From Eledone cirrhosa (taxonomy: Eukaryota), in NCBI GenBank assembly GCA_964016885.1, contig OZ024743.1, positions 231,880,001 to 231,944,000 on the forward strand: DNA of 64,000 nucleotides. Reading direction: 5' to 3'. Position 1 is the stretch's first letter. Every line of letters begins with the position of its first letter. Shown piece by piece: positions 26,181 through 37,817 of the stretch. The notes beneath the pieces are model-generated. The model saw nothing but the letters and a program-made list of their open reading frames with translations. It was not told the origin of the DNA and searched no databases. A program made the translations under genes and the position numbers.

Positions 26181-26365
26181 GATTATAAGTAACATGAGCA
26201 ATGTGTGTGGCGGGGGAGTAGAATAAAAATAGTTATTTTTTTAGGCTACGTGCAGTAATTATTATGTTTCGGAAAGTTAAATAGTATTCCCTGACTAAGT
26301 TTAGCATAAAGCTGAATATGTTATCAGGCGATACCACCCAAAATATTTATCAATCTACATTTATG

Positions 26366-26455
<90 letters not shown>

Positions 26456-26462
26456 GGGGGGG

Positions 26463-26535
<73 letters not shown>

Positions 26536-26844
26536 TATGTATATATACATGTGTATCTATATACAGACGTATATGCGCACGTGGATTAGCGAGAACCGAA
26601 ACAATTACCTCTGATTCTATGAAAGTAAAGAAATCGTATAGTTTAAATGACAATTGGTGATATCAGTTAGTTTCGTTTCACATGTGAAACTTTTAAGAAG
26701 AATTTAATGAACATGTGTCAGAATATAATGACCGTCATAGCATGTTTGAAACGGAATATCATTGAGGTTAGGAAAGAAATAAAAAATAAAAACAAGGCTG
26801 GCTTTAGAAATGTTTCAGCTTTTCGTGAGATGCGCTGATAGAAG

Positions 26845-26933
<89 letters not shown>

Positions 26934-27319
26934 GGGCTGTGTGTGTGTGTTTGTATATGTGTGAGGGAAGGATAGAGAGAGCTGGTCTGCATGCATGCAT
27001 AGGCATATGCGAATTCATACAAAACACGCTCCAACTCCCAAAACATTCATATACATATATATATGTATATAGATAGATAGATAGATAGATAGATAGATTT
27101 CTTTATTTGCCACAAGGGCGCACGAGAAAAGGGGACAATACAAAGACATGCGGGGGACATGCAGTCGTGTAAAAAATACAAAACAAACAATTACAACAAT
27201 CGAAATCCACAGTAGGGGGGGGGGGGGCGCCTCAAATGGATTGTTTAAACCCCATCGATAGAAAAACCCTCAACTTTAGGAGCATGTTGTGCAAGAGCTC
27301 CTTTCTTACATTTGCTCTT

Positions 27320-30300
27320 TTCTTTAACCTACAAGCTTATAAACAGAGAAGGCCCAATCTCTCGGGCCATTTTCACTTCATTCACCCACCTTTCCGTAAA
27401 TTTACTGGGTTGCAGTGCCTTTCTCTCCACTCTGATTCTCCTTCTAAAGTGATACTTAAAGAAAGGAATCAATTGTTGTCCGGAGAGAAAGGCATCTGTC
27501 CTCAGTACTCTCTATCTCGTCCACCATATAACAACTTTCACCAGAGCCACTGTACAGAGGAAAACCGCCTCTCTTTCGTTATTGAAAGAGGCTGGCGGTT
27601 TGATCGTTACTATGGACTCGGCAGCCAACTGGATTTGTCCCATACGCGACAGCAGTTGTTCTGTATAGTTCCACAGGTCGGTTACGCCCGGGAAGTGTAC
27701 AATTGCGTGCAGGACGGATTCAATGTCCTGCGAGAAACTTGGACACGTCCTCTTGGAAGGATCCCTGACGGGGCGTCTGTGCCTGTAGATCTTGTCATAA
27801 ACTGGTAGAGATCCTCGGTAACACTGCCAGGCCCGGGACCTCTGGAATTTGTCCATAGGTCCCGGGCGGAAAGTTCTACGAAACAGACTGGTGAGTTTGT
27901 CGTCTTGTAACGTACAATCCCTCTATAGAATGTTGAAGTGGAGTCTCCACTGATTGCTGCGCCCGCTTGCCACAGGACTGTGAGCGCCTGGGCGCATTCA
28001 ATGTGCCAGGCGCCCACCGTTTTCGGTCTTTTCTTGACCCAGGACTGCAGCTCCGTCAGCGAGATGAGCTGCGGGAAAGCCTGTCTCACAAACGGTGCCC
28101 ATACTGGTTGGCAGCCGGTGAGGAATACCTGCAGATGCCACAGCCTCAGCGCATGCTTGCGCATCATCAGCCACGGCATTCCCAGCCATCCGTTGGAAGG
28201 GTGCTGACAGCAGACGGTTCTCCTCACCAGCGGAGCCTGCTTCTTCCACAAAAATTGGAAGAGCATGCGTTCCATCTTGGCGAGGTGTTCACGGGGACAA
28301 GGGCCGACAGTCAAGCGGTAGTAGTTGACGGACGCTATGAAAGTGTTCGCCTCCTCCGCTCGACCTTTCAAGGACAGTTTGCACTCTGCTCACTTCTGGG
28401 TGAGTGCAAACACCTTGACCGTGACCTCGTTTCAGATTTTCTCCACCTGGAGGTCTGGACCGAACCAGACCCTGAGCAATTTCACCGGTCCGTCCATCCT
28501 GCGTCCAACGACGCTGTCGGACGTCATCAGTTTTCCTCTCCACGTACCGAGTTGCAAACCTCCAGACTTGTCCGAGTTTAGTTTTGTTCCCGTCAGCGTT
28601 TCGTATTCTTTCAGTAAGTTGTCGATCACCACGATTTCCGAGGTGCTCGACACCATTACCGTCACGATGGACTTGTCCCGGTGCAGCTTCGCTCCTGTGA
28701 ACCTTTCGTATTCCTTCAGTAAGGTGCCGACTTCCTCGATTTACGAGGCGCTCGACAGCATTACTGTTACGTCTTCGGCGTAGGCCGACGCCGCGCTCCG
28801 CAGAACCCGTTCTAGAGGGATGCCCTGCAACAGCTCTAATTTCCGCAGTAGTGGCTCTAGAGTCAATACATACAGAATTAAGGAAAGAGGGCACCCCTGT
28901 CGAATGGAACGCGTGATTCCGAACGGCTCCGATAGGTAGCCGTCCACCTTGACCCTCGAGCAGATGCTGGTGTGCATCGCCTCGATCCAGCCTCTGAAAA
29001 GGGAACCGAAACCAGCCTCCTTGAGAACCGCTTCCAAGTATCGATGGTCGACCCTATCGAATGCCTTAGACTGATCCAAATTGATCAGAGCCCCGCCGGA
29101 GCCGGGTTTACTACCCACCATCCCTATGATGTATCGCATGAGGTGGAGGTTGTCGTGTATTGGTCTGATCTGGATTGCACTCGTTTGCTCTTTCCCTACC
29201 AGGTTCTCGACGACAAGCGCCAACCTCGTCGCTAGCACCTTGGCCAAAATCTTTAACTCTGTGTTGAGCAGAGTTATGGACCTGAAGTTGTTAATTTCGT
29301 CCCCCTGTTCTCGTCTTTCCTGATCAGCGTTACTACGCCCTTGCCTGCAACATTGGGAATTCCCCCGTTCTGCTACCAATTGCAGTAGACGGCTTCCAGG
29401 ACGCTAGAGAACAAGTCCGGCATGCCTATGTAAAACTCATAGGGTAGACCATCTAGACCGGGTGACTTGCGTTTCCCGCAGCGGCCCAGAGCGTCCCGTA
29501 TCTCAGTGTCCGTGATCGGTCTTTTGCAGAACTCGGCGTCCGTGTTCGAGAGACGCGGCAGGCCGTCGAGGTATGAACTAAAGTCCATTGCCTCGTTCGG
29601 CTCACCGTCGTTCTTCTCAAACAGTCGCGCAATGTGCTACTGAAAGGCCGCGCACATTTGCTTGGGGTCAAGTAGCACGCGTCCGTTTTGGTCTTTCAAA
29701 AACCGAAACGTGGACTTGTTGCCACTTTTTGCCTCCGCCACTCGGGCCCAGCTGACAGCTTTCGCTCCTTCGTTTGCTAGAGCACGTGTTTTGCTTCTGA
29801 CCACGCAGCCTTCGTATCGAAGAACTGGTCCAGTGCCGTTCTCGACGCTAACACTCTAGCCACGTTGCCAATTCTAAGTGACTCCTCTACCTTGGCTACT
29901 AGTTCTCTTTCTATTTTGTTTTTCTCTAAGGCTAACTCTCTGCTAAACCCTATCAATTCTATTCTAATTGCTTTCTTGAGAGAGTACCACGATCAATGTT
30001 GACGATAGCTCCCGTTAACTGTTGCTTGACTAGTCTACGTATCCGTTCACTGTAAGCTTTACGTGCCAGCACCGACACGTTCAGCTTCCAGTATCCGGAT
30101 CCTTGTTTATGTGTTCTGTCACGTTTGACTAAGCAGACGACTAATTTGTGATCTGAATAGGCAACCATGTGCATTCGTGGACAGCTTAACATCTCCTTGT
30201 CCCTTTCTCTAATGAAGAACCTATCTAAATACGATCTAGATGTCCCGCTGCGGTTTGCCCATGTCCACTGTGGTGCAGTCGGGAAATCCAGTCGATACCT

Positions 30301-30840
30301 ATCGGCCAGTTGGAATTGGCGGATTCAAGTTTTGAGGCTGTTGCACCCGCCTCTACTGGGACATGCTCCCACATAGTCCCATCGTGCATCTAGGATACCA
30401 TTCCAGTCCCCCTCTAAAAGTAAGGAGCGAGTCGTTCCCAGAAAAGACTCTAGACGCTTAAAGAAGTCTGGCCGTGATTGCGATTGCCCGGTCGGAGCAT
30501 AAACGGTCACCAGTCTGAAGGCTTCACCTCCAATACTGTTCACGTCAAGGACTACCAGTCTACCTTCCGGGTCCAAGTGTACTTGCTGTACTTCGACGTC
30601 CAGGTTCTTCCGAAACATGACAGCCACTCCACCTCCACCTCCACATCCTGGCTGACAGCGAGATGCGTAGATCTCAAAGACGTCGAAGATGGGGGTTAGT
30701 TGCTGCCTGTTGTGGATCCTGGTCACGGTGATGGCTATCACATCCATACCGTGTGACCTAAGGTCGTTTAAAAGTTGGCCCTGTTTCCAGGGCATCCCAA
30801 GGCCACGCACATTCACGCTTCCAACTCGTAAACTAGCCAT
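27320..30840 (-). pseudogene. Tx1-like ORF2 (APE endonuclease, RT, C-terminal Zn finger) with many stops and frameshifts
   Basis: MASLRVGSVNVRG, GDWN, SDH, GYWKLN, SPGLDGLPYEFY, LDQSKAFDRVDH, RQGCPLS, AYAEDV, GWLGMP. Confidence 0.88.
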
Positions 30841-30881
30841 GTTGGTGAAGAAGATTTGGAGAAAAAGGACGAAAGGTGCAC

Positions 30882-32617
30882 TTACCTTTTCGTTTCCTGG
30901 AGATCGGGTTCTTCAATCTCCATTTGGGTGCTGGATGGGGTGTTGGGTAGGGTGGGGAAACATTTTAACAGGTCGCGGTTGATGGGTTTCTGGCAGGGGT
31001 TACCCACGTCCTGTGAAAATTTATTTTTCAGGTCATTATAGGTTTCCATAGGAACCCTTATAAGTTTAAGGTGTGGAGACGATTCTTCCTTGACGAAAGT
31101 TTTGCCCCCCGTCTCCACCTTGTGGTTTTGGGAGATGACCTCTATCAAACACTTGTTGTTTGTCTTTTTGTTGTGTTGTTTTAGTTCGTCCGGGAGTTTT
31201 CTTTTTATGGTGGGTGCTTGTGTTTGGGGTGGTGTTGGTGTTGCTTTTTCTGATAGGGGGATGTTTGACTGTGGTGTTGTTTGTGTTGTTGTTTGTGTCT
31301 GTGGTTATGTGCTGGTGTTGGTGTTTGGAGTTTTGGGGGTTTTATGGTGTCTCTTTTTTTGTTTTTTAGATTTAAAGAAGAAGCAGCTTCATCCGTCGAG
31401 GAATAATCATCGTTAGGAGTGTGGGGTATGGGTACGTCGTGTGGTGGGGGTGTTTCGGTGTGTGTGTTTGTAGTAGTGTTTGATGGAGTAGGATGGGGTG
31501 GGGCTGTGTTCTTCAGCGGTGTTGTCTGTTTTTTCTGTTGTTGTTGGATGAGGGGCTGTTTGTTTTGGTGTGTTTGCTCGTTTCGTCTGTTGTTGTTGTT
31601 GTGGTGGTGGTGGTGGTGATTGTTTTGGTGTTGGTGTTGGTGTTGGTGTTGGTAAAAGTAGTTTTTTTAAATTTATTTGTAAAGGGCGTGAGGCTTTTAG
31701 GTGTGATGTGCTTGCACATCGAAAACGGTGTGGCTTTCTGCCTCCAGTTATGATGTTGATGTAGTTCTGGTTGTCGACCAGCACTCTTTCGGGGATTTTG
31801 GAAATTCTTTCTGGTGTCATTTGTATCAGAATTTCCAAATTTGTCCTTGCCCACCTTTGTCTGGTCGATTTCCTGACCGAAATAATTGTATCCCTTTCTG
31901 GCTCTATAAAACCGGCCAAGATCCATCAAATGTTCATGTTTGGTGGTATATAATTTATTTTAATTTTTTTAGTTCTTTTTCCCATGTAAATAGGGAAAAA
32001 AGGTGTGTGCTTTTGTGATTACTGGTGTAACAGAATGCTTTTGTGCGAGGGCCTCTCTTGTAAAACGTACCGAAACACTTCCATATAGTCTGGCCCTCTG
32101 CATAAGGCAGAGTCTCTTTCAGGGTTGTTTCGATTTCTGCTTGACTGAGGAATACCGTTTTTTTCGTTTGATTTGAAACAGTTCGGAAGGTTACTGTCCT
32201 TCGAACTGTTTCTCGTTTAATTTGCAAGGGTGAGTTTATATGAAACCCACCCTTTTCTTCAAATGTTATGAATTGTTTTCCATCGGTCAACACTTTTTTG
32301 GAGTTGCTTATGTCGATGTGTTTGTACTCTATTTTATTTATCACAGTCTGTGCGAATGTTGTTTTTTCAATTTTGTTGTTGTTGGGTTTTTTATCTGTAG
32401 TTGTGTCAATTGTTTCTGCATTTTCTATATTTTTGGTGCTGTTGTTTTCATCTTTTGTTGTGTAAATATCCATTTCTTTACGAAACGAAGTTTTATTGTT
32501 GACAGTCGTATCTATGACGACGTCTATAGTAGCAGAAGCAGATATAACGTTAAAATCTGCCTCTTTCCCTTTATTTTCTCTGTTTACTTTATCCACCGTT
32601 CTTTCCGTGTTATTCAT
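30882..32617 (-). pseudogene. Tx1-like ORF1 (gag-like), fragmented
   Basis: Shares the RTVTFRTV and GGRKP..RC....HL (decayed zinc knuckle) pattern with ORF1 at 52152-54139 and 62276 onward. Confidence 0.65.
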
Positions 32618-32836
32618 GTTTTATAGTTGGCAAAATTGTATATTTTAAAACAATTTTTAAATTAAATTTTCGCCCCTAAAAGGGCGAAAAATGGGTTTAT
32701 CACACAGCTGACAGTTCAGTTGGTGGGGGTGAATCTACAAAATATGTTTTTTCAAACAATGTGTTCTGTTTTTCGTATATAAATTTACAAAATATCTTAC
32801 CGGCGGCGATGTTCCACGCGTCAGGCAGAAAGATAT

Positions 32837-32898
<62 letters not shown>

Positions 32899-32915
32899 TG
32901 ATAGATAGATAGATA

Positions 32916-34387
32916 AATTACTTTATTAGCCACAAGGGCGCACAAGAAAAGGGGACAAAACAAAGACATGCCGGGGATTTGACATACAATCGTGTAAAAA
33001 ATATAAAACAAACAATTATAACAATCGAAATCCCCAATAGGGGGAGGCGCCACAAATGGGTTGTTTAATACCTCGTCGATAGAACAACCCTCAACTTCAG
33101 GAGCGTGTTGTGCAAGTGCTCCTTTCTTCCTGTTGCTCTCTTCTTCAACCTACAGGTGTATATACAGAGAAGACCCAATCACTCGGGCCATTTTTTCCAC
33201 ATTCACTCACCTTTCAGTAAATTTACTAGGTACAGTGCCTCTCACTCCACTCTGATTCTCCTTCTAAAGTGGTATCTAAAGAAGGGAATGAGTTGTTGTC
33301 CGGAGAGAAAGGCATATGTCGTCAGTCCTCTCAATCTTGATTACTATATAACCTCTTTCACCATAGCCACTATAAAGAGGAAAACCGCCTCTCTTTCGTT
33401 TTTGAAAAAAGTTGGCGATTTGATCCTTACTATGGACTCGATAGTCAACCGGATTTGTCCCATACGCGACAGCAGTTGTTCCGCGTGGTTCCACTGGTCG
33501 ATTACTCCCGGGAAATGTACAATTGCGTGCAGGACGGTTTCAATGTCCTGCGCGCATCTTGGACACATCATCTTGGAAGGATCCCTGTCGGGGCGTCCGT
33601 GCCTGTAGATCTTGTCACCAACTGGTAGAGCTCCTCGGTAGCACTGCCAGGCCAGAGACCTCTGGAAGATGTCCATGGGTCCCGGGCGGAAAGTCCTACC
33701 AAACAGACTGGTGAGTTCGTCGTCTTCGACGCTTAGAGTCTATCCGAGCACGTCGAGGCCCTTGTGACGTACTAACCCTCTATAGAATGTCGACGTGGAG
33801 TCACCACTGATTTCCGTGCCCGCTTGACAGAGGACTGTGAGCGCCTGAGCGCATTCAATGTGCCAGGCGCCCATCTTTTTCGGTCTTTTCTTCACCCAGG
33901 ACTGGAGCTCCGTCAGCGAGACGAGCTGCGGGAAAACCTGTCTCACAAACTGTGCCCATACCGGTTGGCGGCCGGTGAGGAATACCTGGAGATGCCACAG
34001 CCTCAGCGCATGCTTGCGCATCATCAGCCACGGCATTCCCAACCCTCCGTTGGAAGGGTGCTGAGAACAGACGGTTCTCCTCACCAGCGGAGCCTGCTTC
34101 TTCCACAGATACTGGAAGAGCATGGGTTCCATCTTAGCGAGGTGTTCACTGGGACGAGGGACGATAGTCAAGCGGTAGTAGATGACGGACGCTATGAAAG
34201 TGTTCGCCCCCTCCTCTCGACCTTTCAAGGACAGTTTGCACTCTGCCCACTTCTGGGTGAGTGCAAACACCTTGGCCGTGACCTCGTTCCAGATTTTCTC
34301 CACCTGGAGGTCTGGACCGAACCAGACCCCGAGCAATTTTACCGGTCCGTCCGTCCAGCGTCCGACAACGCTGTCAGACGGCATCAC
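32916..34387 (-). mobile_element. 3' fragment of a second copy of the (GATA)n-associated Tx1 LINE
   Basis: ORFs 33740-34387 and 33344-33676 are paralogous to 27512-28665; the 3' aataaa runs into (TATC)n. Confidence 0.88.
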
Positions 34388-35011
34388 TGAATCAAAAACA
34401 ACGGTAAACCCCTATTTTCCTGCAGAAAATTGCATTTGCACAGAGGCCTTGAACAGCAACCCCCTCACTTCACCAGATAACAAATCTTTATATAGATTAA
34501 TTTACAATCATATTAACCACGTATACCCTCATTTCCTCGTATATATTTCTCATATATATCTCCTATTTCATTTTACATATGCATCTCCTATCTCATTTTG
34601 CATCAATGTATTTTATGTATTTTTTGTATTTTTTGTGTATTTTATATTTGTATTTTTGTCTTGTTCCATGTGATAGAGATACTAACTATGTATTCGCCTA
34701 ACTACTACCTTCATACTGTAATTTACCCTCCGTTCTACTGTACGGTACTATCGTTCAATATGTAGATAATATATCTGTAACATTGATCCCCCCTTTAAAA
34801 AATGCTTACTATAACTTAAAAATCTCCCTATTTATTAGTTATTATGTGCATATATATGTGCGTATATTTTTTTTACCTACTTTAATCTAGATTCTAACTT
34901 GTAATTTCTTTAATTTTTGATTTTAGATTTTTAATTTTTAGTTTTAATTTCCAACTCTCATTCATAATGTCCACTATGAAACCATAATACCTAGAAATAA
35001 GTATATATACT

Positions 35012-35491
35012 TGTAGCAACGTGGTTGGTCAGTCTGGTCACTACTTCTGATCAGATCCGAGAATAGCCCTTAAAAGGACTGTTATCGCATACGGTCTGAT
35101 CGTATCTGAAGATAGCCCTTAAAAGAACTGTTGTCACATACGGTAAGGATGAACAGACGAAAGCACAAGTTGAAAGGACGAAGCAAGGCGAGAGATGTAG
35201 TTTCGATCAGCTATTTATTTTCACATGTAGCGACGTTACAAGGTACAAGGCGTGTGTGAGTGACAAGCGGGGCAGCGTATAGGGACACGGATACGCGGGT
35301 TGACTCTGCCAAAGTCGACTGGCGAAAGTGTTTGGAATCACTCTATTTATACAGAAACAATCGTTTGATGTTTAGTCGCTGCGTAGGCGTTTATTCTGGT
35401 AGATTTAAGGGTTGTTTGTTTCACGGTGAGGTAGCTAGCTAACAGATAGATGGAGCTATATATTTCACAGATGTTATTTCCGGTGGCTGTA
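35012..35491 (-). mobile_element. Solo-LTR-like 480-bp insertion with 6-bp target-site duplication
   Basis: Absent from the paralog near 23375. TATACT at 35006-35011 and 35492-35497. Ends tgtagcaac...gtggctgta form an imperfect inverted pair. Minus-strand AATAAA near 35214. Confidence 0.6.
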
Positions 35492-35863
35492 TATACTCTT
35501 AGCGGTTGATGGTCAATTCTACTGTCCATGCTTAGTTTAGGGGTAGTATTGAGATCTATTGATACTCATACTTTCCCAACTCCACTAGCTTTCGGCCGGC
35601 TGCCAATGACAGGGTGGCTAGCAGTAAGCTATAACCGTGTCATATTACAGGCCTGGATGAGAGGGGGATCTGCCTAGGCGAGTTTCGTAGATCTTTTGGG
35701 TAGTTGATGGTCAACTTCCTTCGGACTTGCGCCTGCGCAGACCGGTGGGGGTGAATTGGGACTCACAAGGGAACGCGCGAAGAACTCAAGAGCACACGCT
35801 TTGTCCGTTCGCATGTCGATTCAATTTGTATTGCCACGGAAACATAACCTTATTATGTAACAA

Positions 35864-35938
35864 GCTGTCTGATGATGTCACGGCACTGGGCGCACAGAAC
35901 CGTGTGGCTACTCTTGTCATTGAAATATGTATCACAGC
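35864..35938 (+). ncRNA. Type I hammerhead-like ribozyme (family 3)
   Basis: GCUGU-CUGAUGA-(long stem II with CACGG/CCGUG)-GAAA-UAUGU-AUC|ACAGC; perfect stem I and an imperfect stem II base. Confidence 0.6.
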
Positions 35939-35992
35939 ATTATCATTAAAGAACTTTAACATCTGAAACTACTTCGCTTTGTCTTATTCGTT

Positions 35993-36038
<46 letters not shown>

Positions 36039-36093
36039 TTCATATATAGATAAATATAAAGGCATATGCATGTACACAAATATTACCAATATA

Positions 36094-36124
<31 letters not shown>

Positions 36125-36132
<8 letters not shown>

Positions 36133-37045
36133 CGTAAAATAAGAAAATTATAAAATTAACTTACTTACTAAAATTTCACTCCAACTAATTAGTTTCTGAA
36201 AGGGAATAAACATAGTTTCGAAGAAATCTACGGAGAAGCCTTTCGTCATCAGGGAAGTCTATTCTCAGCTAAGTTTCCAGGCAATAGGGAACTTATACAA
36301 AAATAATTCAGTGGATGGAAAATAGCAAAGCGTCGACTAAATTCCAAGCCATTGAAAAAATCACTGCCTACTGCGTCGGTGGCAAATTCAAAAGAATCAG
36401 TCACGTGACATCGAGGTCAATCAGTGAAGAGTGGTTTGTTAAGAAGACAGTAGCCGGACTGTTACTATAGTAGCAGTTTTGGCCAATTTTTGCTCGACAA
36501 AATAATTTGGAGGTAATTATAAAGAATTAATATATCTAGTAACATATATATACACAGATGCATACTTATGCTAGCAAATATATAGGTTTTGTCTTAGTAA
36601 CTTTGTGGTTCAATGCATGGGGATGCAGAACAATAATATGAGAGATGTAAAATAAGAAAATTATAAAATCAACTTACTAAAATTTCACTCCATCTAATTT
36701 GTTTTTGAAAGGGAATAAACATAGTTTTCGAAGAAACCTACGGAGAAGCCTTTCGTCACCAGGGAAGTCGATTCTCAGCTAAGTTTCCAGGCAATACGTG
36801 GACACAGGGAACTTATATGATGACGAAAGGCTTCTCCGTAGGTTTCTTCGAAAACTATATTTATTCCCTTTCAGAAACTAATTAGTTGGAGTGAAATTTT
36901 AGTAAGTAAGTTAATTTTATAATTTTCTTATTTTACGTCTCTCATATTATTGTTCTGCATCTCCATGCATTGAACCACAAAGTTACTAAGACATAACCTA
37001 TATATTTGCTAGCATAAGTATGCATCTGTGTATATATATGTTACT
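36125..37045 (-). mobile_element. Non-coding PLE-like unit: ~514-bp partial tandem plus inverted copy, hammerhead-bearing
   Basis: tgagaga(c/t)gtaaaataag at 36125 and 36639; 36818-37045 is the reverse complement of about 36519-36760; (TA)n flanks. Confidence 0.7.
36178..36258 (-). ncRNA. Type I hammerhead-like ribozyme (family 4, extended stem II)
   Basis: Minus strand ACUUCC-CUGAUGA-CGAAAGG...CCUUUCA-GAAA-CUAAUUA-GUU|GGAGU with palindromic stem III ACUAAUUAGU. Damaged copies at about 36687-36768 (-) and 36818-36892 (+). Confidence 0.6.
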
Positions 37046-37061
37046 AGATATATTAATTCTT

Positions 37062-37094
<33 letters not shown>

Positions 37095-37237
37095 CGTATA
37101 TATATATATATAAATACATATATATATATATATATATAAATATGTATATATATATATATATATAAATATATATATATATTTATATATATACATGTATATA
37201 TATAAATACATATATATATATGCATATATATATATAA

Positions 37238-37272
<35 letters not shown>

Positions 37273-37817
37273 CCATTTATGTTAGATACATACGTATGTG
37301 TGTCTGAGTGTGTCTGCGCGAGTGTGCGTGTGTCCGAGTCTGTGTGCGCCTATGTGTCCCTGTCTGTGTGTCTCCGTATATGCCTGTGCCTGTATACACA
37401 ACGCTCACGTAAAATAATTTTCAATAATAATTAAAAGTTTTCAAATTTTCGTTTTATACATTTTATTTTACATTTGTCTACACGCAACCCTTAGTGTGTG
37501 TCAATAAATGTTTTTAAAATGGAAACAATGAGAAACAACGTCACACACACACACGCTCACACTCACAAATACACACACACACGCGCGGATGCATACACAC
37601 ACACACATAAAGCATACATAGAGGCATAGAATCACAAATAAATAATCTATGATAATACGTAAGAGCTTTCTTTTATTCTATACTAATTTCAGTACCGTGA
37701 ATTAACATTGAAACGCACAGCAAGGCAGCATATACTTCATAATTGTAATGTATGATACCCTCCAAAACTAACCAATTATTATAATTATTATTACTATTAT
37801 TATTATTATTATTATTA

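Larger units (their letters stand above)
27099..32833 (-). mobile_element. Full-length-like, decayed Tx1-clade LINE inserted in (GATA)n
   Basis: ORF1 remnants at 30882-32617 and ORF2 from 30840 (APE-RT-CCHC). The 3' aataaa is followed by (TATC)n (27069-27098), and (GATA)n also lies on the 5' side (32838-32914). Confidence 0.88.
34389..35992 (+). mobile_element. Second copy of the non-coding PLE-like element, interrupted by a solo-LTR-like insert
   Basis: Colinear with 22827-23885 except for the insert at 35012-35491. Confidence 0.7.
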
